Below are positions 27,977 to 38,010 of a stretch of 64,000 nt of DNA, one piece after another (position 1 is the first letter of the stretch; every line of letters starts with the position of its first letter). A model generated the notes under the pieces. That model had not been told where the DNA came from, did not search any database, and saw only the letters and a list, made by a program, of their open reading frames with translations. Both the position numbers and the translations under genes were made by a program. Source of the stretch: Crocinitomicaceae bacterium. GTDB taxonomy: Bacteria > Bacteroidota > Bacteroidia > Flavobacteriales_D > Crocinitomicaceae. The stretch lies in NCBI GenBank assembly GCA_049611865.1, contig JBMZAY010000010.1, forward strand, positions 20,354 to 84,353, given 5' to 3'.

Positions 27977-28579
27977 ATGGAAATCAAACAAGCCAAATTT
28001 ATCATTAGCAATACAGATGTTCGAAAGTGTCCAGCACCAGATCGTGCAGAGTATGCTTTTATTGGACGTTCAAATGTTGGAAAGTCATCATTGATCAATA
28101 TGTTGGCGAACAATAAAAATTTGGCTAAGATTTCAAGTAAACCGGGGAAAACACAGCTAATCAATCATTTCCTTATCAATGATGAATGGTATTTAGTTGA
28201 TTTACCTGGATATGGCTATGCTAAGGTGCCTCACCAACAACGTGATAAATTTCAAAAGTTAATTTCTCGGTACATGGAAACACGAGAAAACCTTATCAAT
28301 GTTTTTGTTTTAGTAGACAGTAGACACGAAGCACAGGCGATCGATCTAGACTTTATAGAGTGGCTCGGTGTCAGAGGCATCCCTTTTTCAATTGTTTTTA
28401 CCAAATTTGACAAGCTCAAAAGTAATGACAAACACAAAGTGATTGCGCGTTATAAACGGGAGATACTCAAACGTTGGGAGGAGATGCCTCCTCACTTTTT
28501 AACCTCATCTGAAACTGGAGAAGGGAAAGAAGAAATTCTCAATTACATCGCCGAAATCAACGAAACGCTAGACTTCTAG
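27977..28579 (+). CDS. engB: Ribosome biogenesis GTPase YihA/YsxC
   Basis: [38 protein letters not shown]. Confidence 0.96.
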   Translation: MEIKQAKFIISNTDVRKCPAPDRAEYAFIGRSNVGKSSLINMLANNKNLAKISSKPGKTQLINHFLINDEWYLVDLPGYGYAKVPHQQRDKFQKLISRYMETRENLINVFVLVDSRHEAQAIDLDFIEWLGVRGIPFSIVFTKFDKLKSNDKHKVIARYKREILKRWEEMPPHFLTSSETGEGKEEILNYIAEINETLDF

Positions 28580-28920
28580 TTTAGAGGAGGAAGAATACCC
28601 ATCTTATCACCAAAGTGATGACAGTAGTCGCGTAGATCTTCAGCCATATTCTTTTCACCCGTTGCGCGCTCAAAGGTGTCTGCTAGCGTCAAAAGTGTTT
28701 GATGCATAAACTTTTTCATTTCATCAACTGTCATATCTTTATTCCAAAGATCAATACGCATAGCTGTTTCGTCCTTTTCATCCCACAATGAAAGAATGAG
28801 CGCTTTTGCTGCCGCATCTTCTACCCCTCCCTCTTTTGCCGACCAATTCATTTTTTCGGGCACATTATTTTCATTGGTCAATACTTCAATCTCAATTATT
28901 GATTTTTTTAAATCACTCAT
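28576..28920 (-). CDS. gldC: Gliding motility protein GldC
   Basis: [35 protein letters not shown]; directly downstream of gldB. Confidence 0.9.
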   Translation of the reverse strand: MSDLKKSIIEIEVLTNENNVPEKMNWSAKEGGVEDAAAKALILSLWDEKDETAMRIDLWNKDMTVDEMKKFMHQTLLTLADTFERATGEKNMAEDLRDYCHHFGDKMGILPPLN

Positions 28921-29926
28921 TCTTTTCTGGTTTATATGCTTTTAATATTTCAGTTTCTGTCGCGTGATTGATTAAGTCCTCAACAGTCAGTTCGTCATTT
29001 TGTTCCATAAAACTACGCACCATTTGCCAACCCATAAATTGACCTATACGTCCTGGCGATCCATCGATCCCAACAGTTTCTGGTGCTTCCTCGAAATAGC
29101 GCAATTTCACTTTCATTTCAATTGAATAAATCCAATTCATATCAACGATGTACTGCCAAATTTCATATTCGCTTGCGAGGGCAAATTCATATTCTTCCTG
29201 TGAATATCGAATGATTCGATGTTCAGGTAGATCCGGCAACATCGCCTCCATCACATAACGCAATTTGCCGAAATAAATCATACTCGAAAGGAATGTCTCA
29301 CCTCTATCCTCACCTATCACATTTGTGATCAACCAACTGTGAGCAACATCAACTGGCAAGTAGTCTTTGTGCATTTTTTCCTTCATGTAAAGTGGAAAGC
29401 GTACTTCCTTTACTATTCTATTTTCCGGACCCAAATACATATCTAATCCTATCCCCATAACTGAGTCAGTTGAGATAACCCCATAGCTAAAAGCGCTGTT
29501 GTAAATGTAAAAAGCTGCCGGTGTCTTTTCGTTTGGCAAATGATATTTTTGATGCTTGAACATGTCTATGAATTGGTTTTGCACGTCTTCAATATCACTA
29601 AACTCTTGCTGAATATCCGCGTAGAGTAATTGCATCATACTGTCCTGAACAAAATACCAGAGGTATTCATTTATTGAATCTGCATAAACTGATCCTGATC
29701 TTAATGCGTCATATACATAAAACTCGTAAAGCTCTCCTCCATCCTCTATCAAGGCCTTATTAATATCAATCAAGTCCGCTGAAGAAGTGGCTTGAAATAG
29801 ACGTTGATCAAAACGGTAAAATTCGGTTTCGTAGTCAATTGATGATACATCTACATCCAGTTTATCGCCTTGACAAGACACTAGGACGAAAGTCATTAAT
29901 ATTATTATACGGATTGCGTCCTTCAT
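28913..29926 (-). CDS. gldB: Gliding motility lipoprotein GldB
   Basis: Lipobox LVSC, FYRFDQRLF, GIGLDMYLG, MIYFGK, SPGRIGQFMGWQMVRSFM. Confidence 0.88.
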   Translation of the reverse strand: MKDAIRIIILMTFVLVSCQGDKLDVDVSSIDYETEFYRFDQRLFQATSSADLIDINKALIEDGGELYEFYVYDALRSGSVYADSINEYLWYFVQDSMMQLLYADIQQEFSDIEDVQNQFIDMFKHQKYHLPNEKTPAAFYIYNSAFSYGVISTDSVMGIGLDMYLGPENRIVKEVRFPLYMKEKMHKDYLPVDVAHSWLITNVIGEDRGETFLSSMIYFGKLRYVMEAMLPDLPEHRIIRYSQEEYEFALASEYEIWQYIVDMNWIYSIEMKVKLRYFEEAPETVGIDGSPGRIGQFMGWQMVRSFMEQNDELTVEDLINHATETEILKAYKPEKNE

Positions 29927-29983
29927 TGGCGATATTTTCTTATAATTGTTATATCTAAATGTATAATTAATAATTGCAAAATT

Positions 29984-30847
29984 ATGAAAAAGTTACTTTC
30001 GTTGCTTTTAATTGCTGTAATCACTTTTGGCGCTCAAGCTCAAGATAAAAAATTTCAAATGGGATTGGTTTTTGGACCTACATTTAATTGGACAAAAATT
30101 CAAACCAATAAAATCGAGCGAAACGGAATCGGAAACGGTTTCACGATAGGAGTTGGGGGAAATTATCTTTTCGATGATAACATTGGCCTCGCTTCGGGTA
30201 TACAGTTTGACTTAGAGTCTTTCTCATTGAATTATGGTTCTTCAACCAACACGGCTTTGGGTGATGTCTTTTATGCATTTGCAGATACCGATATTCAAAA
30301 ATTTGACGAAGAATCTGGACGCGTAGAGGATTTCACGGATACTACAGCCTTCTCTTTACAAACGCGAAAATTCAGAGCGAAATATGTGACTATTCCGTTA
30401 TTCTTAAAGTTCCAAACCAACATGATTGGGCAATTTAAATATTACGGTAAGTTTGGTTTACGCACTAGCTTCCTAGCCGGTGTTCGTATGGATGACACGG
30501 GATACCAAGCAGATTATGATCCAGATGCTGGAACGTTCGAGCGTATCAACACCAATACATTGACGATGGAAAACATGAAACCCGTTGCTGTCAAAAAAGG
30601 CTTAGCATTGGTAAGAACGGGTATTGGAATCTATGGTGGAGCAGAATGGAACTTCACAGGTAATACTTTCCTTTATTCAGAGATTGGATTTAACTACGGA
30701 ATTACGCCTGCACTTTATCAAAGATCAAGTCACTTGGTTGATAAGGTTGAAGACACTTCAAACCCTGGAACATACAACTATTCTCAATTGGATATTAAAA
30801 ACAACCCACAACACATCATTGAGTTGAAAATTGGATTGTTGTTCTAA
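29984..30847 (+). CDS. Outer-membrane beta-barrel, PorT/porin-like family
   Basis: Signal peptide, YVTIPLFLKF, alternating beta strands, C-terminal LKIGLLF. Confidence 0.7.
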   Translation: MKKLLSLLLIAVITFGAQAQDKKFQMGLVFGPTFNWTKIQTNKIERNGIGNGFTIGVGGNYLFDDNIGLASGIQFDLESFSLNYGSSTNTALGDVFYAFADTDIQKFDEESGRVEDFTDTTAFSLQTRKFRAKYVTIPLFLKFQTNMIGQFKYYGKFGLRTSFLAGVRMDDTGYQADYDPDAGTFERINTNTLTMENMKPVAVKKGLALVRTGIGIYGGAEWNFTGNTFLYSEIGFNYGITPALYQRSSHLVDKVEDTSNPGTYNYSQLDIKNNPQHIIELKIGLLF

Positions 30848-30850
30848 ACA

Positions 30851-31636
30851 ATGAACTACGACAAAGTAATTGATCACATTACCAAGTGGCTAAAGGCTTA
30901 CGCTGAAAACGCAGGAGTTAATGGATTTATAGTAGGTGTTAGCGGCGGAATTGATTCCGCCGTTACTTCTTTTTTATGCGCAAAAACAGGATTGGATGTG
31001 CTTTGTTTGGAGATGGGGATCCATCAAAACCCTGATGAAGTGAATCGCGGGTTGGAGCACATTGCAATTCTTGAAAGCAAGTTTACAAATGTTAGCCATT
31101 TATCCATCAACTTAACGGATAGTTTTGAAACCATGCGAGCTGCGCTGCCCGATGAAACCAACAAACATGGTTTATCAATGGCAAATACACGATCACGCCT
31201 TCGAATGGTAACACTCTACGCCATTGGACAATCTAAAGGGCTTTTGGTTGCCGGAACAGGAAATAAAGTGGAAGATTTTGGTGTTGGTTTCTATACAAAA
31301 TATGGTGATGGTGGTGTAGATCTAAGCCCAATTGCCGATTTAACTAAAACAGAAGTTTATGGTGTTGCTAAAACCCTAGGTGTGGTTCAATCGATACAAG
31401 AAGCTGCCCCAACAGATGGCTTATGGAAAGATGAGCGCACGGATGAAGGTCAATTGGGCGCAACATATCCTGAACTAGAATGGGCAATGGTATTTGATAA
31501 TGACCCAAACGCGACTGAAGAACATTTAGACAAACGCCAACGCGAGGTTTTAAAAATCTACCGTTCGTTTAATCGTGCGAATAAGCACAAGATGTTGCCT
31601 ATTCCAGTTTGCGAAATTCCGGACGATTTTCGATAG
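30851..31636 (+). CDS. nadE: NH3-dependent NAD+ synthetase
   Basis: GVSGGIDSAV, NTRSRLRM, GTGNKVE, GFYTKYGDGGVD, APTDGLW. Confidence 0.96.
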   Translation: MNYDKVIDHITKWLKAYAENAGVNGFIVGVSGGIDSAVTSFLCAKTGLDVLCLEMGIHQNPDEVNRGLEHIAILESKFTNVSHLSINLTDSFETMRAALPDETNKHGLSMANTRSRLRMVTLYAIGQSKGLLVAGTGNKVEDFGVGFYTKYGDGGVDLSPIADLTKTEVYGVAKTLGVVQSIQEAAPTDGLWKDERTDEGQLGATYPELEWAMVFDNDPNATEEHLDKRQREVLKIYRSFNRANKHKMLPIPVCEIPDDFR

Positions 31637-31643
31637 GAATTAA

Positions 31644-33752
31644 TTATCTGATCAGGTTCACATGACCTGTGTAGGAGTGTTTTTTATCGCTCGACAGATC
31701 CCCAAAATCGATTGACCAAACATACGTTCCAGAAGGAGCAGGTCTTGTGCCTCCATAGGAGCCGTCCCAACCTTTAGAGGCATCATACGATTCAAAAACG
31801 ATTTCACCCCATCGGTTATATATCACGAGATGATAATCATAGATATCCAGACCTGCAGAGAAAATTGGTTTAAAGTTTTCATTGAACAAATCACCGTCTG
31901 GGGTAAATGCATTTTCGATGTAGAAGATATTTTCCCCTTTTACAAAGACATTGCCGTAGGCTGTATCCTGACAACCAAATTCAGAGCGTGCAATTAGTGT
32001 GATTCTGTAATTACCTCCTCGCTCAAACGGGAATGTATGTGTTGGATGAACATTGGTGCTACCTTCTGATCCGTCTCCAAAATCCCATTCATAGGTCGAA
32101 GCTCCTTCAGTAAGATTGTCCATTTTAGTTTCTGCGTTAAGCGAATTTAATTCATCAGGTGTTGCAGTGAAGTTTGCAACCGGATAAGGTGTAACATCCA
32201 CATTGAATGTAAACGAATTATCCATCTCACTGTCATCAATATAACCATTAGGCGATGTTATTAGCATCACGATAGTATATGAACCTGCAGGCAAGGTGAT
32301 TTCAGGAAACGAAAATACGCTGGTATCTTCTTCCAACACTTCTCCTCCCCAATCATAAAAATCGAATAATTCACCATCGATATAGAGCTCCACTCTGAAA
32401 TTATTTAAGGGTTCGTTACCGTTGTTCGTAAAACCAAAGGTCATGTCAATTGGTCCATTTTCACATGTTTCAGAAATCGTACCGCTGAGCACTTCGACAT
32501 CCATTATGGTCAGATCACATCCAACAAGACAATCAGAACTTGCCATCCTGTTTCGAATATGAGTGCCAGGCTGTAGACCAAAACCTAAACCTAAATTGAT
32601 TCCAACAGGCAGCAAATGGCAATAACTCATAACGGTTCCGCCGAGTGGTGGAATAAAGGCATCACAACCTTCTGGAAACCCTGCTTCAGGTCCGCAACCA
32701 TCAATAGCGGTATCATCACCATTCCAAAAACAAGCATGTGTATGTGGAGACCCAAAGTTATGTCCCATTTCATGCGAAATTACCTCAACAGACCATGAGT
32801 AAACAGGAACTTCTGCAAATGTTGGAGCAATACCACTTACTGCTTTTCGAATCGCTTGATTTGGATGACAAAACACATCTACCCAAGCCAAACCACCACC
32901 GGCAGCATAATTCACAAAATGCCCCAGATCTCCATCCCATTCAGTCGTAGTTGTTCCAAATAAATCCAGCAACACTCCTGTATCGCTGATTTCATAGTAA
33001 GGACTTTCGATGTCCCAAACTAGCATATCTTCGAGAAAAATCCCCATGTCGGCAAGTTCAAAAAGATAGGCGACCTCATTGAACAAGGCGGTGATATAAT
33101 CCGTTGCCCCTACCAATCCCCCTTTATCGAGATAAATATCATAATCAACTTCGAAATACATCCCTGAGCAAGCTGACCATACGCGTCGATCATCGGAACC
33201 TTCGTGTCGCGGGTTATATGAAACTGTTGGCTCACCTCTTGTTTCACAGTGAAAGTCATTTATACCATCTAATGCATTTTCAGCATAAAAAACATATTCA
33301 TCTTGATCTTTTAATTTCCCTAAATTGACATCGCTAATGGCAGGAATAGAACCCACTCCTATTATCTCATTATTAAGCACACTCAATGCAAAATGTGATC
33401 CCGCATGTCCGGTAAAAGTTCCATGATAATATACACTTCTCGATATTTCGTTCCATACTAATGTATCACCTGATGCGGTTCTTACTTGGAAATCTTCTCT
33501 AAACAGCTCCGTTTTCCGAAGGGTTAAATTCAGATCCGTATCACCATAAGGTATGCTTAGTGAAATTCGTGATGGATGATTTGTCAAAATTTCTTCCCAT
33601 GCATCATCATTAACGGACAATAAAGAATAAGTATCGACAAGACCCAGCTCAGCTTCGTCAGTAGCAGTATTAAAAAGGTTTACGACCGTTTGTGCGTTGG
33701 AGTTTACGGCAGCAAAAAGGAGGACACAAAAGAGTATCGTTGTTTTTTTCAT
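31644..33752 (-). CDS. T9SS cargo: reprolysin-like (M12) zinc metallopeptidase with Ig/CARDB-like and PKD domains and a type B CTD
   Basis: HEMGHNFGSPH, Met-turn GTVMSY, PKD YEWDFGDG, type B CTD YIENAFTPDGDLFNENF..IYNRWGEIVF..GWDG. Confidence 0.88.
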   Translation of the reverse strand: MKKTTILFCVLLFAAVNSNAQTVVNLFNTATDEAELGLVDTYSLLSVNDDAWEEILTNHPSRISLSIPYGDTDLNLTLRKTELFREDFQVRTASGDTLVWNEISRSVYYHGTFTGHAGSHFALSVLNNEIIGVGSIPAISDVNLGKLKDQDEYVFYAENALDGINDFHCETRGEPTVSYNPRHEGSDDRRVWSACSGMYFEVDYDIYLDKGGLVGATDYITALFNEVAYLFELADMGIFLEDMLVWDIESPYYEISDTGVLLDLFGTTTTEWDGDLGHFVNYAAGGGLAWVDVFCHPNQAIRKAVSGIAPTFAEVPVYSWSVEVISHEMGHNFGSPHTHACFWNGDDTAIDGCGPEAGFPEGCDAFIPPLGGTVMSYCHLLPVGINLGLGFGLQPGTHIRNRMASSDCLVGCDLTIMDVEVLSGTISETCENGPIDMTFGFTNNGNEPLNNFRVELYIDGELFDFYDWGGEVLEEDTSVFSFPEITLPAGSYTIVMLITSPNGYIDDSEMDNSFTFNVDVTPYPVANFTATPDELNSLNAETKMDNLTEGASTYEWDFGDGSEGSTNVHPTHTFPFERGGNYRITLIARSEFGCQDTAYGNVFVKGENIFYIENAFTPDGDLFNENFKPIFSAGLDIYDYHLVIYNRWGEIVFESYDASKGWDGSYGGTRPAPSGTYVWSIDFGDLSSDKKHSYTGHVNLIR

Positions 33753-33842
33753 GGAAGCTTTTTGTTCAAGTACTAACCCTCAGACGGTTTTATTTGTTCT
33801 GAGGATGCCAATAAATCAAAACGATTTAAGAAATTTTAAGAA

Positions 33843-34172
33843 TTAATTTCCTTCGGGGGCTAAACGAAGTACTATTCCGTCGATTTCATCCGAAATTTGA
33901 ATTTGGCAACCTAATCGGCTATTGTCTTCCACAAAAAAAGCTTCATCGAGCATATCTAATTCAGCGTCTGATTGTTCAGGCAGATCTGTATCCGATTCGA
34001 GATAGCATTGACATGTAGCACACATCGCCATGCCTCCACAACGACCTTCAACGGGTAGTTCATAAGAACGACAAACCTCCATCACGTTCATGTTCATGTC
34101 TGTTGGAGCTTCAAGATCGTGCTGAACACCTTCACGGTCTATGATGTGGATGGTTATCATATTGTCTGCCAT
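33843..34172 (-). CDS. 2Fe-2S ferredoxin (adrenodoxin/Fdx type)
   Basis: CGGMAMCATCQC and SRLGCQI. A TAAATTTG element lies at 34191-34198. Confidence 0.93.
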   Translation of the reverse strand: MADNMITIHIIDREGVQHDLEAPTDMNMNVMEVCRSYELPVEGRCGGMAMCATCQCYLESDTDLPEQSDAELDMLDEAFFVEDNSRLGCQIQISDEIDGIVLRLAPEGN

Positions 34173-34246
34173 AAGGATCTAAATTTTCTGCAAATTTAGG
34201 TGAAATTGATCAGTTTATGAACAGAAATATCATTCCTATTAAAAAC

Positions 34247-34286
34247 AAAAAAAAACACCCTCCGCTCCTTTCGGAATAGTGAGTAT
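34247..34286 (-). terminator. Probable terminator of the broken T9SS gene
   Basis: Minus strand ATACTCACTATTCC-GAAA-GGAGCGGAGGGTGT (imperfect stem) followed by a long T run. Confidence 0.55.
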
Positions 34287-34312
34287 TTTCTCGTAAGCGG
34301 TATGGAAAAAGC

Positions 34313-34779
34313 TTAATGCTGTATCATAACTTTTGTTTTTGCATAGGTACCCTCGACATTTAAGACAAGATAATAGAGTCCATTCGCAAAAATTGAAACA
34401 TCTATCATTTGATCCTGATATGGCTCTGGCGTTTGCTCATAAACCAATTGACCTGCGGCATTATATAGTCTAATTTCATCAATGTTCATATCACTTTTCT
34501 TCGCAATGGTTAATTGGTCATTTGTGGGGTTAGGATAAACAACAAATAAGTCAATCCCTAAATCCTCTAAACTCAATTGGCTACCTACTTCGAAGGTAAA
34601 TACAAAGACACAGCCATTTGCATCTGTTATGGTTAAGGTATATGTTCCGCGTCATTAAAACCGATCTCTACGTAGTCACCTATTAAATATCCACTGGCAC
34701 CGATGATTTGTGAATAGCCAAAAGAAGGCATCAACAAAACCAATGCGGCATAAATAAATTTGAACTTGTTAGTTATCAT
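34313..34779 (-). pseudogene. Internally deleted T9SS type A cargo gene
   Basis: ATG 34779 gives signal peptide + IIGASGYLIGDYVEIGFND, then a stop at 34633-34635. A second frame from about 34648 reads GTYTLTITDANGCVFVFTFEVGSQ straight into the CTD (VYPNPTND..IRLYNAAGQLV..GLYYLVL). Confidence 0.85.
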
Positions 34780-35159
34780 TGGTAAGGTTTAATCGTTAAT
34801 TAATTCCAACAAAAGCCCATAACGACTTACCGCATGACAAGTATTCTAAAAACTATGAAGTAATAGATTTTTGAAAAACACAGCGATAAAACACTGGTTT
34901 TTAGAGGTTCAAGGTTTAGTTTGGTTCTTTGAGGTATGCGCAATTTAATTCAAAAGATTCTTTCTACCACTATCCTAAACGTAAAAAAAATAGGCACTCT
35001 TAAAAACCCATTAATCCAGATTATACTCCAACTGCTGGTTTCATGGGCTTTAGACGCTATAAATCTATGAATCACAAAAACAAAAAAACACTGCTTAATC
35101 GATAAAAAACAATGTTTTGTCGTAGAAAATCAGTGTTTAATACTAAAAGGATAGACTTC

Positions 35160-36170
35160 TTAGAAGCCGTTCACCCCATTGACTGTCGTGTACTTCAGTA
35201 CATTCTTTTTGTCTGGGTGAATTCGAGCAAAGGCTGATTGCACGGCAATTGTTCCTTCGTGAAAACCACAAAGAATCAACTTCAACTTACCCTCATACGT
35301 ATTGACATCTCCGATGGCGTAGATTCCTGGTCGGTTTGTTGAGTAATCGCGTGTATCCACTTTAATAGCATTCTTCTCGATCTCTAAGCCCCAATCTCCA
35401 ATTGGACCTAATGTGGGTTTTAATCCAAACAATGGCACAAAATGATTTGCCTCTTTTGTAAATTCACCTTCAGTTTTATGTTTGATTGTTACATTCTCTA
35501 CATGTCCATTTCCACCAATACCAACAACCTCAGCTTCTGTAATTAAATTTATCTGTCCCTTCTCTGCCAGATCCATTACTTGCTGAACTGAGTCTAAGTG
35601 ACCCCTGAACGAACTTCTTCTGTGCACGAGAGAAACTTCTGAAGCAATATTATTCTTTACCAAATAAATGGACCAATCAAGCGCAGAATCACCACCTCCT
35701 GCGACGACCACTTTTTTATCTTGATAGAAATTAGGGTCTTTAATAATGTATTCAACACCTTTATCTTCGTAGCTCTCCAAATTTTCGATAGGTGGTTTAC
35801 GCGGTTGAAAAACGCCAAGCCCACCAGCTATCATAACAACTGGTGCTTTATGTTTGGTTCCTTTATCGGTAGTTACGATGAATTGATCACCCTCCGTTTC
35901 GTCGATAGTTACCGCTGATTCTCCAAGCGTAAATTGTGGTTTAAATGGATCAATTTGCTCCATTAATTTATCAATCAATTCACCAGCATCAACCGTGGGA
36001 TAACCTGGGATATCGTAAATTGGTTTCTTGGGATAAATTTCAGTTAACTGACCACCTGGTTGCGGCAGAGAATCAATGAGGTGACATCTTAACTTTAATA
36101 ATCCCGCCTCGAACACGGTAAATAATCCTACTGGCCCGGCACCGATGATAACAATATCTGTCTCTATCAT
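35160..36170 (-). CDS. Ferredoxin--NADP+ reductase (YumC/TrxB-like flavoprotein)
   Basis: IIGAGPVGLF, GGQLTEIYPKKPIYDIPG, GGGDSALDW with no CxxC, YAIGDVNTYEGKLKLILCGFHE. Confidence 0.88.
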   Translation of the reverse strand: MIETDIVIIGAGPVGLFTVFEAGLLKLRCHLIDSLPQPGGQLTEIYPKKPIYDIPGYPTVDAGELIDKLMEQIDPFKPQFTLGESAVTIDETEGDQFIVTTDKGTKHKAPVVMIAGGLGVFQPRKPPIENLESYEDKGVEYIIKDPNFYQDKKVVVAGGGDSALDWSIYLVKNNIASEVSLVHRRSSFRGHLDSVQQVMDLAEKGQINLITEAEVVGIGGNGHVENVTIKHKTEGEFTKEANHFVPLFGLKPTLGPIGDWGLEIEKNAIKVDTRDYSTNRPGIYAIGDVNTYEGKLKLILCGFHEGTIAVQSAFARIHPDKKNVLKYTTVNGVNGF

Positions 36171-36284
36171 TTCGCTTACTAAATATGATTAGAACAAAGT
36201 TCTAAAGCTTTTGGCTGCAAAAATAAGGAATAAATCACATCTCAATACTGAGCTATGTTCATTCAATACATGAGCACAGTCATA

Positions 36285-36512
36285 TTAGACTGCTTCTACG
36301 TGCGAAATTTCGGGAATTGCATTTTTGATGGACTCTTCTATTCCTGCTTTAAGGGTCATTTGACTCATTGCACAGGTCTCGCAAGCCCCGATTAGCCTCA
36401 CTCTTACCACTTGTTCGTCCGTGAGTTCTACAAACTCGACATCCCCACCATCTTTTTGCAAAAACGGTCGAATGGATTGTAGCGCAATCTCTATTTTTTC
36501 GTGAGCGTCCAT
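36285..36512 (-). CDS. NifU/NfuA-like Fe-S scaffold domain protein
   Basis: IRPFLQKDGGDVE, GACETCAMSQMTLKAGIE. True start ATG 36512. Confidence 0.92.
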   Translation of the reverse strand: MDAHEKIEIALQSIRPFLQKDGGDVEFVELTDEQVVRVRLIGACETCAMSQMTLKAGIEESIKNAIPEISHVEAV

Positions 36513-36513
36513 G

Positions 36514-37581
36514 CTATTCATTTTCAAGCTGTTCGACAAATTTACGAACAAAATCGTCAAAAACCTTTGCCGAAACAGTATTATCCTGTAAAACTGCTGG
36601 TCTACCAACATCTCCTGCCTCTCTTACACTTTCAATCAATGGCAGTTGTGCTAAAAGCGGTACATTCATTTGTTCCGCTAAATTCTTCGCTCCATCACGA
36701 CCAAAAATATAATATTTGTTATCCGGCAATTCTTCTGGAGTGAAATAAGCCATATTCTCAACAACTCCTAAAACAGGGACTTTCAAAGAGTCCATTCTAA
36801 ACATATTAATTCCTTTTCTAGCATCTGCCAGCGCCACCTCTTGCGGAGTACTCACAATCACAACTCCGGTTAATGGAACGTTTTGAACTAATGTCAAATG
36901 CACATCACCGGTTCCCGGAGGAAGGTCAACAATCATAAAATCCAGCTCACCCCAATCAGCATCTTTAAACATCTGATTTAGCGCCTTGGTTGCCATTGGA
37001 CCTCTCCAAACAACTGCCTGATCAGGATCTGAGAAAAAACCGATCGAAAGTATTTTAACGCCATGTGATTCAATGGGTTGAATTAGCGTCTTTCCATCTT
37101 TTTCGATCCCTTGTGGTCGTTGACCTACAAGATCAAACATCGTTGGCATTGAAGGACCGTAAATATCTGCGTCGACTAATCCAACCTTATAACCTTGCCT
37201 TGCTAAACCTGCTGCTAAATTCGCAGTAACGGTAGATTTACCGACACCTCCTTTACCACTGGCAACGGCTATCACATGCTTGACATCGGACAATATGGCT
37301 CGTACTTCAGGCACCTTTTCCTTTGGTATTGGAACTAAAGAGATGTTAGCGTCAACGTCTTTGCCGAATGCTCGTTCAAGCGCAAACTCCAGTGCTTCTT
37401 GCATTCTTTTTTTAGCATGCATCGCCGGATTGTATACTTTCACTTGAAAGCTGATTTGGTTGTTTTCTACTTTGATGTCTGAAACCAAATCTAACGTGAT
37501 TATATCCTTTTTTAAATCTGGTTCAATGACCTTCTTTAAGGCTTCTTTTATTCTATCTGGTGTAATATTTTGATCTGTCAT
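36514..37581 (-). CDS. Mrp/ApbC (NBP35) Fe-S carrier ATPase
   Basis: N-terminal FeS-assembly domain (VIEPDLKKDI), VASGKGGVGKST, DADIYGPS, VWRGPM, DLPPGTGD. A TATCTTTG element lies at 37591-37598. Confidence 0.95.
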   Translation of the reverse strand: MTDQNITPDRIKEALKKVIEPDLKKDIITLDLVSDIKVENNQISFQVKVYNPAMHAKKRMQEALEFALERAFGKDVDANISLVPIPKEKVPEVRAILSDVKHVIAVASGKGGVGKSTVTANLAAGLARQGYKVGLVDADIYGPSMPTMFDLVGQRPQGIEKDGKTLIQPIESHGVKILSIGFFSDPDQAVVWRGPMATKALNQMFKDADWGELDFMIVDLPPGTGDVHLTLVQNVPLTGVVIVSTPQEVALADARKGINMFRMDSLKVPVLGVVENMAYFTPEELPDNKYYIFGRDGAKNLAEQMNVPLLAQLPLIESVREAGDVGRPAVLQDNTVSAKVFDDFVRKFVEQLENE

Positions 37582-37638
37582 AACTAATTACAAAGATATA
37601 TAATACTCATCTTGTAAACATCTCTAATCGGATAATGT

Positions 37639-38010
37639 TTACACCACCCAAATCATCTTTTCTTTTAAAATGAAAACAACGATTACAAATACAATCATCA
37701 GAATTATATTGGTAAGTATGTAATAACCAATAGTCACTTGTTGCCAGCGATCACGTCTACTATACAAGATTCCATTGGGCTGATCATCAAGGAGTGTATC
37801 CTCTCTTTTATTTTTCCTAATTGTATTTCGGACTCCAAGCAATGTCAGGAGGTGAAACAGCAGGACAACGATCAAGAAATTAACGAACTGTGTTTTATCC
37901 AACAAAAAGAAAAGCGAAACAATGAGCACCCAGAAAGTTTCAATGGAAATAATCCAAATTCTTAATTGCTGATTCGAAATCTCAGTCAAGTATTTCCTTA
38001 TGGTGTGCAC
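37639..38010 (-). CDS. Hypothetical membrane protein (about 3 TM)
   Basis: 123-aa hydrophobic ORF with a GTG start abutting the crotonase stop; no family recognised. Confidence 0.5.
   Translation of the reverse strand: MHTIRKYLTEISNQQLRIWIISIETFWVLIVSLFFLLDKTQFVNFLIVVLLFHLLTLLGVRNTIRKNKREDTLLDDQPNGILYSRRDRWQQVTIGYYILTNIILMIVFVIVVFILKEKMIWVV

Noticed and set aside
28576-31636. gldB-gldC beside nadE as a special motility island
   Set aside because: Known genes in an arrangement I recall as usual for gliding Bacteroidota; nothing anomalous in sequence.
34780-35159. 380-bp AT-rich spacer as ncRNA or MITE (9-bp inverted AAAGCCCAT pair; AAACACTG/CAGTGTTT pair)
   Set aside because: The matches are short enough to be chance in AT-rich DNA, with no target-site duplication or extended structure; more likely the promoter region of the deleted gene plus the FNR 3' end.
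33843-37581. Ferredoxin, FNR, NifU-like and Mrp cluster as a novel system
   Set aside because: All are standard Fe-S/redox housekeeping families; only the broken gene inside the run is notable and is reported separately.
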